Shown piece after piece: positions 48,860-56,306 of a stretch of DNA of 64,000 bases. This DNA comes from a virus. Position numbers and translations under genes: made by a program. The stretch spans positions 8,079 through 72,078 of IMG/VR virus record IMGVR_UViG_3300011112_000003. One strand, given 5' to 3'. The notes under the pieces are model-generated. The model saw nothing but the letters and a program-made list of their open reading frames with translations, made no database searches and was not told where the DNA came from. Numbering within the stretch: position 1 is the first letter of the stretch; each line of letters opens with the position of its first letter.

Positions 48860-49110
48860 CCCCACCTCGCGCCAGATGCGCGCGCCCGCTCGCGCTCGCT
48901 CAGCTGGGATATGCCTGGCTTTGAGCGGCATCGCTTGCACACGGGGTTCATGTTCTTCGCGCGGTACTTGCGGCCGCACTCGTCACAGCGTGGCCAGTTG
49001 GCTCGCTTGTCTGGTCCCTTGACCTGTTTCTCGCGCACGCACCTCTTCACGCGCATGCGCTGAGCAAAGTCTTCGTCGGATAGGCCGCGCGTTGCTGAGT
49101 CGTTGTTCAC
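48856..49110 (-). CDS. Leader-array protein 14 (Zn-ribbon body)
   Basis: GTG start, MNNDSATRGLSDEDFAQRMRVKR; CDEC..CKRC. Confidence 0.7.
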   Translation of the reverse strand: MNNDSATRGLSDEDFAQRMRVKRCVREKQVKGPDKRANWPRCDECGRKYRAKNMNPVCKRCRSKPGISQLSERERARASGARWG

Positions 49111-49826
49111 AGCGCGCACTCCAGGTAGCAGACCAGTCCGTTGCCCCAGTCCATGCACCGCGAGCCCGGCAACCCTGTACAGTCGGCTTCGGTCGTGCAG
49201 CTCGGTGCCGCGTGGTCGTCGGTGCCTCCGGTGCCGCAGAAGGCAGCATCCCCGGTAGCCACCGACTGACCGCACGCCATGCCCACAGGGCACGCCTCGG
49301 GTGACGGCGGCCCGCAACAGAAGCTAGCGCAGTTCCCACACTCGCCTACCGGCCGCTCTTGCCCCGGGACACACGGCGCAAGCCGGCACGTAGGCCCCGT
49401 ATCACCATCCCCGTCGCCGTCTCCACGGTCCCCATCCCCAGCACCATCGCCGTCCCCGTCACCACTGCCGCCATCGCCGACCCCGCCGCCAGTGCCCGCA
49501 CCATCACCATCTCCGTCACCGTCCCCACCTCCATCGCTGCCACCAAGTAATCCCCCGCTATCCCCATTCCCGCCAGTGCCGTCCCCCAGGCCCACGCTAC
49601 CATCGTTCGGATAGTCGTCTTCGCAAGGAAGCCCACCGCAGGGATCACCGCGGTCACTCGGACCCCCAGCACCAGCAGATCCCATGCTGTCCACCCAATC
49701 ACCACTCCTATCCAAATCATCACTACCTCCGTCCTGACCACAGCACGCATTGTCTACGGCAACATCGCCGTCCGTGATTGCAGTGCAGCCCGTGAGCAGC
49801 GCCAAAATGATAATCAGATGTCCCAT
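49107..49826 (-). CDS. Myxobacterial-type lipoprotein with Gly-Asp repeats and Cys-rich C-terminus
   Basis: Lipobox IIILALLTGC; (GD)n tracts; many Cys. Confidence 0.75.
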   Translation of the reverse strand: MGHLIIILALLTGCTAITDGDVAVDNACCGQDGGSDDLDRSGDWVDSMGSAGAGGPSDRGDPCGGLPCEDDYPNDGSVGLGDGTGGNGDSGGLLGGSDGGGDGDGDGDGAGTGGGVGDGGSGDGDGDGAGDGDRGDGDGDGDTGPTCRLAPCVPGQERPVGECGNCASFCCGPPSPEACPVGMACGQSVATGDAAFCGTGGTDDHAAPSCTTEADCTGLPGSRCMDWGNGLVCYLECAL

Positions 49827-50245
49827 CACGCGGTCCCTCCTACCTGCCAGGCCGTCCACACCCACGCGCTACCATCCCAGATGCCTTCGCAACGTGAACC
49901 GCTGACGGTCTGGAATGTCCCTGTGATCTTCGAGGGGCCGTTCACCACTATTTTCTGTCCCCCGTCTTTTGCCCACTCCTTCCGCGCCTGTTCGTACTGC
50001 CTAAGTTCACCCGCGAACTCTTCGGCAGACATGGTGCGTACGTACACATCAGTATCTGCTATCTCGTCCCACTCGTAGACCTCACGGCAGGGACGACAAG
50101 GGGGCCCATACCAGACCACAGAGGTGTCAACCTCTTCGCTGACCTCGGCACGTATGAACGGTTCCCCCAGCCAGGGATCGGGGAAGGCTACCCCCAGCTC
50201 ACCCAACATCGCTTTGGCGCCCGCAAGATTGCTCAGATGTCCCAT
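49826..50245 (-). CDS. Hypothetical protein with a degenerate leader, flanked by 14-bp direct repeats
   Basis: MGHLSNLAGAKAMLGELG; TCAGATGTCCCATC at 49814 and 50233. Confidence 0.6.
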   Translation of the reverse strand: MGHLSNLAGAKAMLGELGVAFPDPWLGEPFIRAEVSEEVDTSVVWYGPPCRPCREVYEWDEIADTDVYVRTMSAEEFAGELRQYEQARKEWAKDGGQKIVVNGPSKITGTFQTVSGSRCEGIWDGSAWVWTAWQVGGTA

Positions 50246-50979
50246 CGCACACTCCCCTCGCACCCCTGCGTGTTGCACGCGATGCTGATATCTTCGTTGC
50301 CTGCCCACATGAGCCAGGCGCCCACACCCGTGACGATTGCGCCCAGCGGCAACAGCACGTCGGTCGCGATACCTAGTGTATCAACGGTGCTGCCTAAATC
50401 ACGGCCCTCGCGCAGGTCTCCCGCGGCACACTGGCGGTCGGCCCCGCATAGCGTGTCGAGGTCACTGTCAGCCCCCACGGCCAGGACGCCGGTAATGCTG
50501 CCCGCCAGAATGAGCGCTCCGCCGCCCACGAGCAGGCTGACGGGCAGAACGTCGCTGCGGACGGGCGCTGGCACGGGCGCGACCGCCTGAGGGGCCTGCG
50601 GGGGCTCCTGGGGCGGTTCTGGCTCGGGTGGCTCCTCGAACTTCGTGAATGGGCCCTCATCCGCAGGTTTCCGCAAGCGCACGATGCGGCCCCGCACTTC
50701 GTCGCCCCGTGGTGTGTCAGCCTCCCACCGCAGGAACCGCTCGTAGGCCGCGACCGCTTCCGCGTCATGGCTCAGTGCCTCGTGCGCCAGACCGATGTTG
50801 TAGTGCAGCTTGGGATGCCCCGATTCCCGCAAGGACTGCTGCCAATGAGTCATGGCCACCGTGTAGTCACCCGCATCGTAGGCAGTTCGGCCCGCCTCGA
50901 ATGCAGTGCGGCCGCGCTCGCTCATCTGTGCGGAAACTGGAATCGCTATCAGGCAAATAGCTAATGAAATCCTCATCAT
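50233..50979 (-). CDS. Secreted/membrane TPR protein of myxobacterial type
   Basis: Signal MMRISLAICLIAIPVSA; TPR 'FEAGRTAYDAGDY..A...W...LHYNIGLAHE'; Pro linker; two C-terminal hydrophobic helices; GGAGG RBS. Confidence 0.8.
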   Translation of the reverse strand: MMRISLAICLIAIPVSAQMSERGRTAFEAGRTAYDAGDYTVAMTHWQQSLRESGHPKLHYNIGLAHEALSHDAEAVAAYERFLRWEADTPRGDEVRGRIVRLRKPADEGPFTKFEEPPEPEPPQEPPQAPQAVAPVPAPVRSDVLPVSLLVGGGALILAGSITGVLAVGADSDLDTLCGADRQCAAGDLREGRDLGSTVDTLGIATDVLLPLGAIVTGVGAWLMWAGNEDISIACNTQGCEGSVRWDI

Positions 50980-51002
50980 AGCTCGGTCCTCCCCCAAGTC
51001 CT

Positions 51003-51050
51003 GTACGTACGGTACCGCAACCGCGTACGTACTGCAAGCGCATTTGGATA
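51003..51050 (-). promoter_or_regulatory. Paired GTACGTAC operator boxes with TATCCAAA upstream
   Basis: Boxes at 51003 and 51025 (22-bp spacing). Confidence 0.7.
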
Positions 51051-51250
51051 AAGCTAATTGAATCTGTATTTCGCTCGGTACATGTGGGCTTCCCCGGGGA
51101 CCTCTCCAAGGTCGTAGCCCGTCGCCTCCGGGCGGAGCCTGCGCCATTGCCCGATCGTGGAACTCCCGAGACGCCTTATCGAGGTCGAAGGGCGTGGGCA
51201 CCTCGCAGCGCAGGCGGCGCATACGCTTGGCGAACTGCACGTTGTTCTCA

Positions 51251-51613
51251 CTACGCATCCCCAGACCCTCGGCGGAACAAGGCCTTCACCTGAATCTCCG
51301 CGCTCCACAGGCCGGACGCAACCCATGGGCGGATGCGCACGATGTGGTGCTCTTTGAGCTTCGGGTTACCGCCCGGTTGCCTGGTCACCAGAATGCGCGG
51401 CGCAAGTAGATGCTCGCGGGGCAGGTAGTGCATCTGATCGTCCGGCACGCGGTTGCCCAGCAGCGAGCACGGGATCACATCGAACCCATCCTGCAGTTGG
51501 GTCGACCGCATGACCATGTGCAGTTCGATCCATGCGAGCAGTGCAGACTTGTCACCCCGCTTGGCCCGCATGTGCGCCGCGAACTCTTCGGCGCCTAGCT
51601 CAGTCGTCGTCAC
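51251..51613 (-). CDS. Leader-family protein
   Basis: GTG start, MTTTELGAEEFAAHMRAKRGD. Confidence 0.65.
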   Translation of the reverse strand: MTTTELGAEEFAAHMRAKRGDKSALLAWIELHMVMRSTQLQDGFDVIPCSLLGNRVPDDQMHYLPREHLLAPRILVTRQPGGNPKLKEHHIVRIRPWVASGLWSAEIQVKALFRRGSGDA

Positions 51614-51959
51614 GGGGCGGCGGGGCCTTGCGCCCGAGCAGGGCCACCATGTGTTGACGATGGCCCGCGGCACATTCCAACCAGAACCTGACCTCAGCCA
51701 TACGCTGCTCCGCGGAACGCAGTGCGCGCCGCATGTCTGCCTGGATCTCCAACACCTCCCGGGGTGTGCCTCCGGGCGGCGGGAAATCGCGAGGGTCCGT
51801 GTAAGCGAGCGTAATATCCAGTCGCGCCGCCTGGGCTTGCTCGCGCGCGATGAGGTGGGCGAGCGCGACTTCGGTACCGCCTTTCTTGCACACCTCCGAG
51901 AACTCACGCTGCAGCGCTTCGATTGGATCTTCGGTGGGGGGTGTCTCTTCGTCTGCCAT
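51600..51959 (-). CDS. Hypothetical helical protein
   Basis: TATCCGATA 10 nt upstream of ATG 51959. Confidence 0.65.
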   Translation of the reverse strand: MADEETPPTEDPIEALQREFSEVCKKGGTEVALAHLIAREQAQAARLDITLAYTDPRDFPPPGGTPREVLEIQADMRRALRSAEQRMAEVRFWLECAAGHRQHMVALLGRKAPPPRDDD

Positions 51960-51982
51960 GCCCACGCTATATCGGATAAGAG

Positions 51983-52591
51983 CTACGCGATGCCAATGGT
52001 CCGCGCGTACACTTCTCTCGCTCGTGCCTGCGCGGAGCGGGCCTTTCCAGTCGCCTGCCAGATCTCCGGGTCGGTGTGCCCCGGGTCCCGGTCATCGAGG
52101 GCGTGCAACATTTCGTGAATGACGGGCTCGCCTTCGCTGATCACCAGGCTGATTAGGCTTACGCGAATCACGGCGAGGGGCATGTGCCCTCCAACGCTTC
52201 GCGGAACCTCGTCCAGGTACGCAGCTGCTTTCCGCAAGTACTCCCGCGGCTCGTGGTCGAACTCCACATCGGGTCTGAACCAAACCGCCACCTCCCCGAT
52301 TTTCTTGTGGGGGCCGGTCTGCCCGGTAAGGGTCCAGCCGTGGCCCGTTGCAGCCACTGCTTTCGCACAGGACCCTTGCAGTACGATACTCGGCGCCCCC
52401 GCGGAGGTCAGCACGTGGACCTCGTAACCCTCGTAACCCGAGGTCCTGCGCGACCCTTCCAGGCCCGGCCAACGGTACCGACGACCAAGCCAGAAGTAGT
52501 GCAGCAGCAGCCAGACACCAGCAAACAGCAACCCCCCAACCGAGATGATGGTGATAACCCAATCTTTCACGTCCATTTCACTAATGCTCAT
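51983..52591 (-). CDS. Membrane-anchored protein with HExxH metallopeptidase motif
   Basis: N-terminal TM; 'VIHEMLHAL...DPGH'. Confidence 0.6.
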   Translation of the reverse strand: MSISEMDVKDWVITIISVGGLLFAGVWLLLHYFWLGRRYRWPGLEGSRRTSGYEGYEVHVLTSAGAPSIVLQGSCAKAVAATGHGWTLTGQTGPHKKIGEVAVWFRPDVEFDHEPREYLRKAAAYLDEVPRSVGGHMPLAVIRVSLISLVISEGEPVIHEMLHALDDRDPGHTDPEIWQATGKARSAQARAREVYARTIGIA

Positions 52592-52789
52592 GATCTGCCT
52601 ACTACCTCCGCAAGACGGTCCTCTACTTGTCGCGCACGCTCTTCTCGTTTGACCTTGCTGGCCATCTTCAGGATCTTGCGCGCGAGCGACGGGAAATGCT
52701 CGCTGCGAACAACCGTCCAGAACTCCCTGTGGAGCGGCAGCATCCTGAAGATATGTACGAGCAGCTTGACCTCGCCAGGGGTGAAGCTG

Positions 52790-53290
52790 TTACTGGCCGC
52801 TACTCTCCGCCTGAGCTTCTTCCCGTTTTCTGCCACCCGCGACCTCACACCTCTCCGCCCATGCTTGGATGGACTCGAACGCAGCCAGATCAGTCGCGTG
52901 TTCCTCATCGGATAGCGCGCAGAAGATAGAACTCTCGACGGGACCGCTGGCCACGATGAGCCGCCCGAGCCCACGGGCGGCCGTCCGGTTGGCCCTGATC
53001 TGCGCGAGCGCGTAGCCCGCCTCGAACCACGCACCCGCTGTGCGGGTCTCAGGCGTCAACAGCCAAAAGACCCGGGCGGTGTCAACCATGTCCAGGTCTT
53101 TGGTGGCGTAGCCTCGCGCGTCCTCCCGCGATAGCTCGGCGTCCGTCGGCCCCCCGTCAGCCTGGACGTCCGCTATGACCGCGGCCCAGTCGTACGCCAG
53201 CTCCAGGTACCGGGAACCCAGTAGCAGCCCCTTCACGAAAGTGAATCGGGCGGTCTCTTTACTGGATGCGGCGACGTAGACTTTGATCAT
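52790..53290 (-). CDS. Nucleoside 2-deoxyribosyltransferase-like protein
   Basis: 'KVYVAA', 'DLDMVDTARVFWLL', 'GAWFEAGYALA'. Confidence 0.75.
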   Translation of the reverse strand: MIKVYVAASSKETARFTFVKGLLLGSRYLELAYDWAAVIADVQADGGPTDAELSREDARGYATKDLDMVDTARVFWLLTPETRTAGAWFEAGYALAQIRANRTAARGLGRLIVASGPVESSIFCALSDEEHATDLAAFESIQAWAERCEVAGGRKREEAQAESSGQ

Positions 53291-53332
53291 GCCCTACTTT
53301 ATCGGATAGGCCCCCCCGATCAGTGTAGAGCT

Positions 53333-54106
53333 TTACGGCGTGGCTACCAAATCCCCGGCGAGGAAAGCTGTCAGCTTGAGTGCGCTGGTGAGCGACAAGT
53401 TCGTGACCTGTAGGGCGCTTGCCTGCACCGTCCCCAAGAAATAGGCCTGGAGACCCTCCGCCGCCGATGAGCCCGCTGGGTCGGCCGGTCGAAGCACCTG
53501 AATGTCCGTTGTGCCAGGCTCCGCAGCAGTTCCCGCGTTGGTGGCAGCTGTGAGCCCCAGGGCCGTCAGAACGGCTGCTGTGCTCGACGCCAGGACTTCT
53601 ACGGTGCTACTCGGTCCGGTCGACAGGGAGCGCAGCAGTAGCTCGGCCACGTTGGGGAAGGCGATCGGCTTGGCCACGAACGCGGCATTGGTGTTCGCCG
53701 CGTCGAAGTTGATGCGGGCCACCACCTCGTCGCGGGTCTGGTCGGCCACGTCGAAGGTGACAGTGATCGGGATGGTGTCCACGACCAACTCCAGCACCTC
53801 CCCCCCTGTGAATCCCGTCGGGTACGTCCCCGCAACGCCCAGCAGCACACCAGCCGTGGCGAGCGCGGCCGCGAGCGCAAGGGAAAACTCACTGTCGCCC
53901 GACAGGTAGAGGTAGCGAAGATCGGTGATGTCGCCGAAGTCGATCTGCTCCGTCTCACCACCCAAGATCTCATAGGTCGTGGTGGTCGAGTGCTCCAGCG
54001 TATCCAGGATCTGACTGATCACGCCCTGACCGCCGAACACCTTGTTGACGAGGTCGCCGTTGAGACCTGCAATCAGGTCAAGAGTGGTTGAGATACGAAT
54101 GCCCAT
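53333..54106 (-). CDS. Virion structural protein
   Basis: 257 aa, Ala/Thr-rich; 'VVARIN', 'LRSLSTGPSSTVEV..ALGL' resemble inserts found in tail sheath/structural proteins. Confidence 0.6.
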   Translation of the reverse strand: MGIRISTTLDLIAGLNGDLVNKVFGGQGVISQILDTLEHSTTTTYEILGGETEQIDFGDITDLRYLYLSGDSEFSLALAAALATAGVLLGVAGTYPTGFTGGEVLELVVDTIPITVTFDVADQTRDEVVARINFDAANTNAAFVAKPIAFPNVAELLLRSLSTGPSSTVEVLASSTAAVLTALGLTAATNAGTAAEPGTTDIQVLRPADPAGSSAAEGLQAYFLGTVQASALQVTNLSLTSALKLTAFLAGDLVATP

Positions 54107-54109
54107 GCT

Positions 54110-55837
54110 TCAGCTCCCTACGTCGATTTCGATGTGTCGACGGCCCTCTGCGACCGACTCGCGCCGCTCGGATTTTCGTAGTTCCTCTGCGACGATATTG
54201 GAGACCGTCAGGGATGCCGCAAGTGCCTCAGCCTGCGAATCCGCAAACCCCCCATCGCCCCCATCACCATCCTGGTCGGCGGGCTCGTCGTCACCGCCAT
54301 CGCCGGGCTCGTCGTCGCCAAACAGATCGTCGTTATCCTCCGACCCATCGCTTTCGCCCGCGCCCAAGTCCTCACCATTGCCGTCGGTGCCCTCCTGGGC
54401 CGACTTGTTCGCCTGCCACACAGTGTTCAGGATAACCTGACCCAGCCCGTCGGGTAGCGGCTCCAAGTCCTGCTCCGCGCGGATCTCATCGACGTACTTC
54501 CAGTTCTCCACCTCAGTCTTGCGGCGCTCACGCTCTTTGCCTTCCGCCTTCGCGTCGAGGCCCGTGAACTGGAACTCTAGCTCGGGCGCTAGCTCCCAGA
54601 TGAGGTGGCGATTGATATTGTCGGAGACGTGATCAGCAAGCGGCGCGAGCCCCTTGTCCTTCGACTCGACCACCTCCGCTTCGTTCGGTCGGGACTGGCT
54701 GAGGCTCGACGTCTGTCCGCTGTTGCCAAAGATGAAGTTGATCTCCGTCGGGTCAACGCCGTAGATCGCACAGATCAGCTTCGTGAGCCAATCCATCCAC
54801 TGGCCGTACTCCATCTCCCGATTGTTGGTGTGCATGTTGATCCACTGCACCTCCTCGGAGTTTAGGATAGGAGTTTTCCACGCGTTCTGGACGCCCGTGA
54901 TCATCGAATACCACATGCGCCGGAACGCACGGAGCTGCCGGTCGGGTAGGGAACCCTTGATATTTAGGATCCCCTTGATGGCGCTACCCTGCGTGAAAAA
55001 TCTTGTATTATATTCAAAACCGTACAGCCACGCGGTCACCAAGCGCACGATCTGTTCAGTCGGAGCGAAGCCAAAACCATTCGTGCGCAGGTCCGAACGC
55101 GGGTTCATGACGCACCATGCAAGGTCGTCGACCCCGAACTCGGCGATGACTGAGTTGTCGTAGACCTGCAGGTGGGACACCCGGCTGCGCAGCTCGGACG
55201 TCGTCATGTGCTCGGTGTCCGCGACCGCGGGGCGGATGGTCTCTGCGGGCAAGCAGATAAAGCGCGAGGGGCGCTGCGCCCGGTCGCGGATCTTCTCGAA
55301 GCACCATTGGTCGTATGTGAGGATATCGCGCGTCGACTTCTTTATGAACATGCGGAAGCTGTCACGATCGGATGGCCGCTCATCGGGCTGCAGGAACGCA
55401 GTCGTTTCGAGCATGGCTTCCAGCTGGGCCGCTTGCCTTTGCTCAGACGAGGTCATCTTGACCATGTTGTCGCGGCGGTCCCGCTTGATGATCCTGTAAC
55501 CCTTATCGTAGACACCCTGCTGCGGGCGCGCGAAGGCCGCGAGCTGATTGGTGCGCAACTGGATGATCGCTGCGATCACCGTGTTCTGCACCGCCATCTG
55601 CCGCAGCGATTCGTAGGTCAAACTGCTCGGTCGCTGGCGCCAACCCCCCCAATCCATCACTGAGTACGGATCGTGAAAAAGAGCCCTTGGCTTCTCGTCT
55701 GTGGGTTGCGCCAACGTACCAAAACCCGTCGACGCGAGCGCCTTCTGCATCTCGTCGAAGGGCACATCCTCCTGGCTAGTGTCCTGCCAACTGACCAGTT
55801 CACGAGCAGTGCCTGCGATGTCACCGATAAGTCCCAT
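54110..55837 (-). CDS. Portal protein
   Basis: 'AAIIQLRTNQ', 'TRDILTYDQ', 'NPRSDLRTNGFGFAP', 'NTRFFTQGS', 'REMEYGQW', 'YGVDPTEINF', 'SKDKGLAPL' match the Twort/SPO1-type portal. Confidence 0.93.
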   Translation of the reverse strand: MGLIGDIAGTARELVSWQDTSQEDVPFDEMQKALASTGFGTLAQPTDEKPRALFHDPYSVMDWGGWRQRPSSLTYESLRQMAVQNTVIAAIIQLRTNQLAAFARPQQGVYDKGYRIIKRDRRDNMVKMTSSEQRQAAQLEAMLETTAFLQPDERPSDRDSFRMFIKKSTRDILTYDQWCFEKIRDRAQRPSRFICLPAETIRPAVADTEHMTTSELRSRVSHLQVYDNSVIAEFGVDDLAWCVMNPRSDLRTNGFGFAPTEQIVRLVTAWLYGFEYNTRFFTQGSAIKGILNIKGSLPDRQLRAFRRMWYSMITGVQNAWKTPILNSEEVQWINMHTNNREMEYGQWMDWLTKLICAIYGVDPTEINFIFGNSGQTSSLSQSRPNEAEVVESKDKGLAPLADHVSDNINRHLIWELAPELEFQFTGLDAKAEGKERERRKTEVENWKYVDEIRAEQDLEPLPDGLGQVILNTVWQANKSAQEGTDGNGEDLGAGESDGSEDNDDLFGDDEPGDGGDDEPADQDGDGGDGGFADSQAEALAASLTVSNIVAEELRKSERRESVAEGRRHIEIDVGS

Positions 55838-55840
55838 GAC

Positions 55841-56290
55841 CTACTTCACGTGCCTCCAGTTACGACCGCATATGACCTGCGAAATCGTCGGCTGTTTCAC
55901 ACCATACTCGCGTGCCAGGCTGCTCCCTGTCTCGCCGTCTGCATAGCGCTGCCGGATTGCCCGAACCTTCGCATCATCCAACTTAGAGTTGGCATGGCGG
56001 GATCCGTGTGCCTGCCTCCCCAACCTGTCCCGCTCCGCCAGATTCTCCCGATCGGTGCCCAACGACAAATGCGCTGGGTTCACGCAAGCACGAATATGGC
56101 ATGAGTGCATGACGATCTTACCAGCTGGGATCGGGCCGTACTTTTGAGCATACGAATGACGATGGGCTTGAACCATTTTCTCGCCGGACCAGAACTGACC
56201 GTACCCCTTCCAGTTGCGGGTGCCCGTCCAGAGCCAGCAATCTTCCTGGTACTCTATCTTTGCTCGAAATCTATCGCGCTTTTTACGCAT
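55841..56290 (-). CDS. HNH homing endonuclease with C-terminal HTH
   Basis: 'CWLWTG...GYG', 'AHRHSY', 'HSCHIRACVNPAHL..GT..EN', 'SKL...LAREYGV...ISQV...W'. Confidence 0.9.
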   Translation of the reverse strand: MRKKRDRFRAKIEYQEDCWLWTGTRNWKGYGQFWSGEKMVQAHRHSYAQKYGPIPAGKIVMHSCHIRACVNPAHLSLGTDRENLAERDRLGRQAHGSRHANSKLDDAKVRAIRQRYADGETGSSLAREYGVKQPTISQVICGRNWRHVK

Positions 56291-56306
56291 GCGGCGCACA
56301 AACTCC

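Noticed and set aside
43573-49110. Leader repeats as a CRISPR array, integron attC cassettes or DGR template/variable repeats
   Set aside because: The repeats are degenerate, coding and in frame, with 200-570 bp genes between them. No attC-like palindromes or adenine-specific variation were seen, and no cas, integrase or reverse transcriptase gene is in the window.
50038-50045. Single GTACGTAC
   Set aside because: Unpaired and inside a coding region; lacks the 21-22 bp partner.
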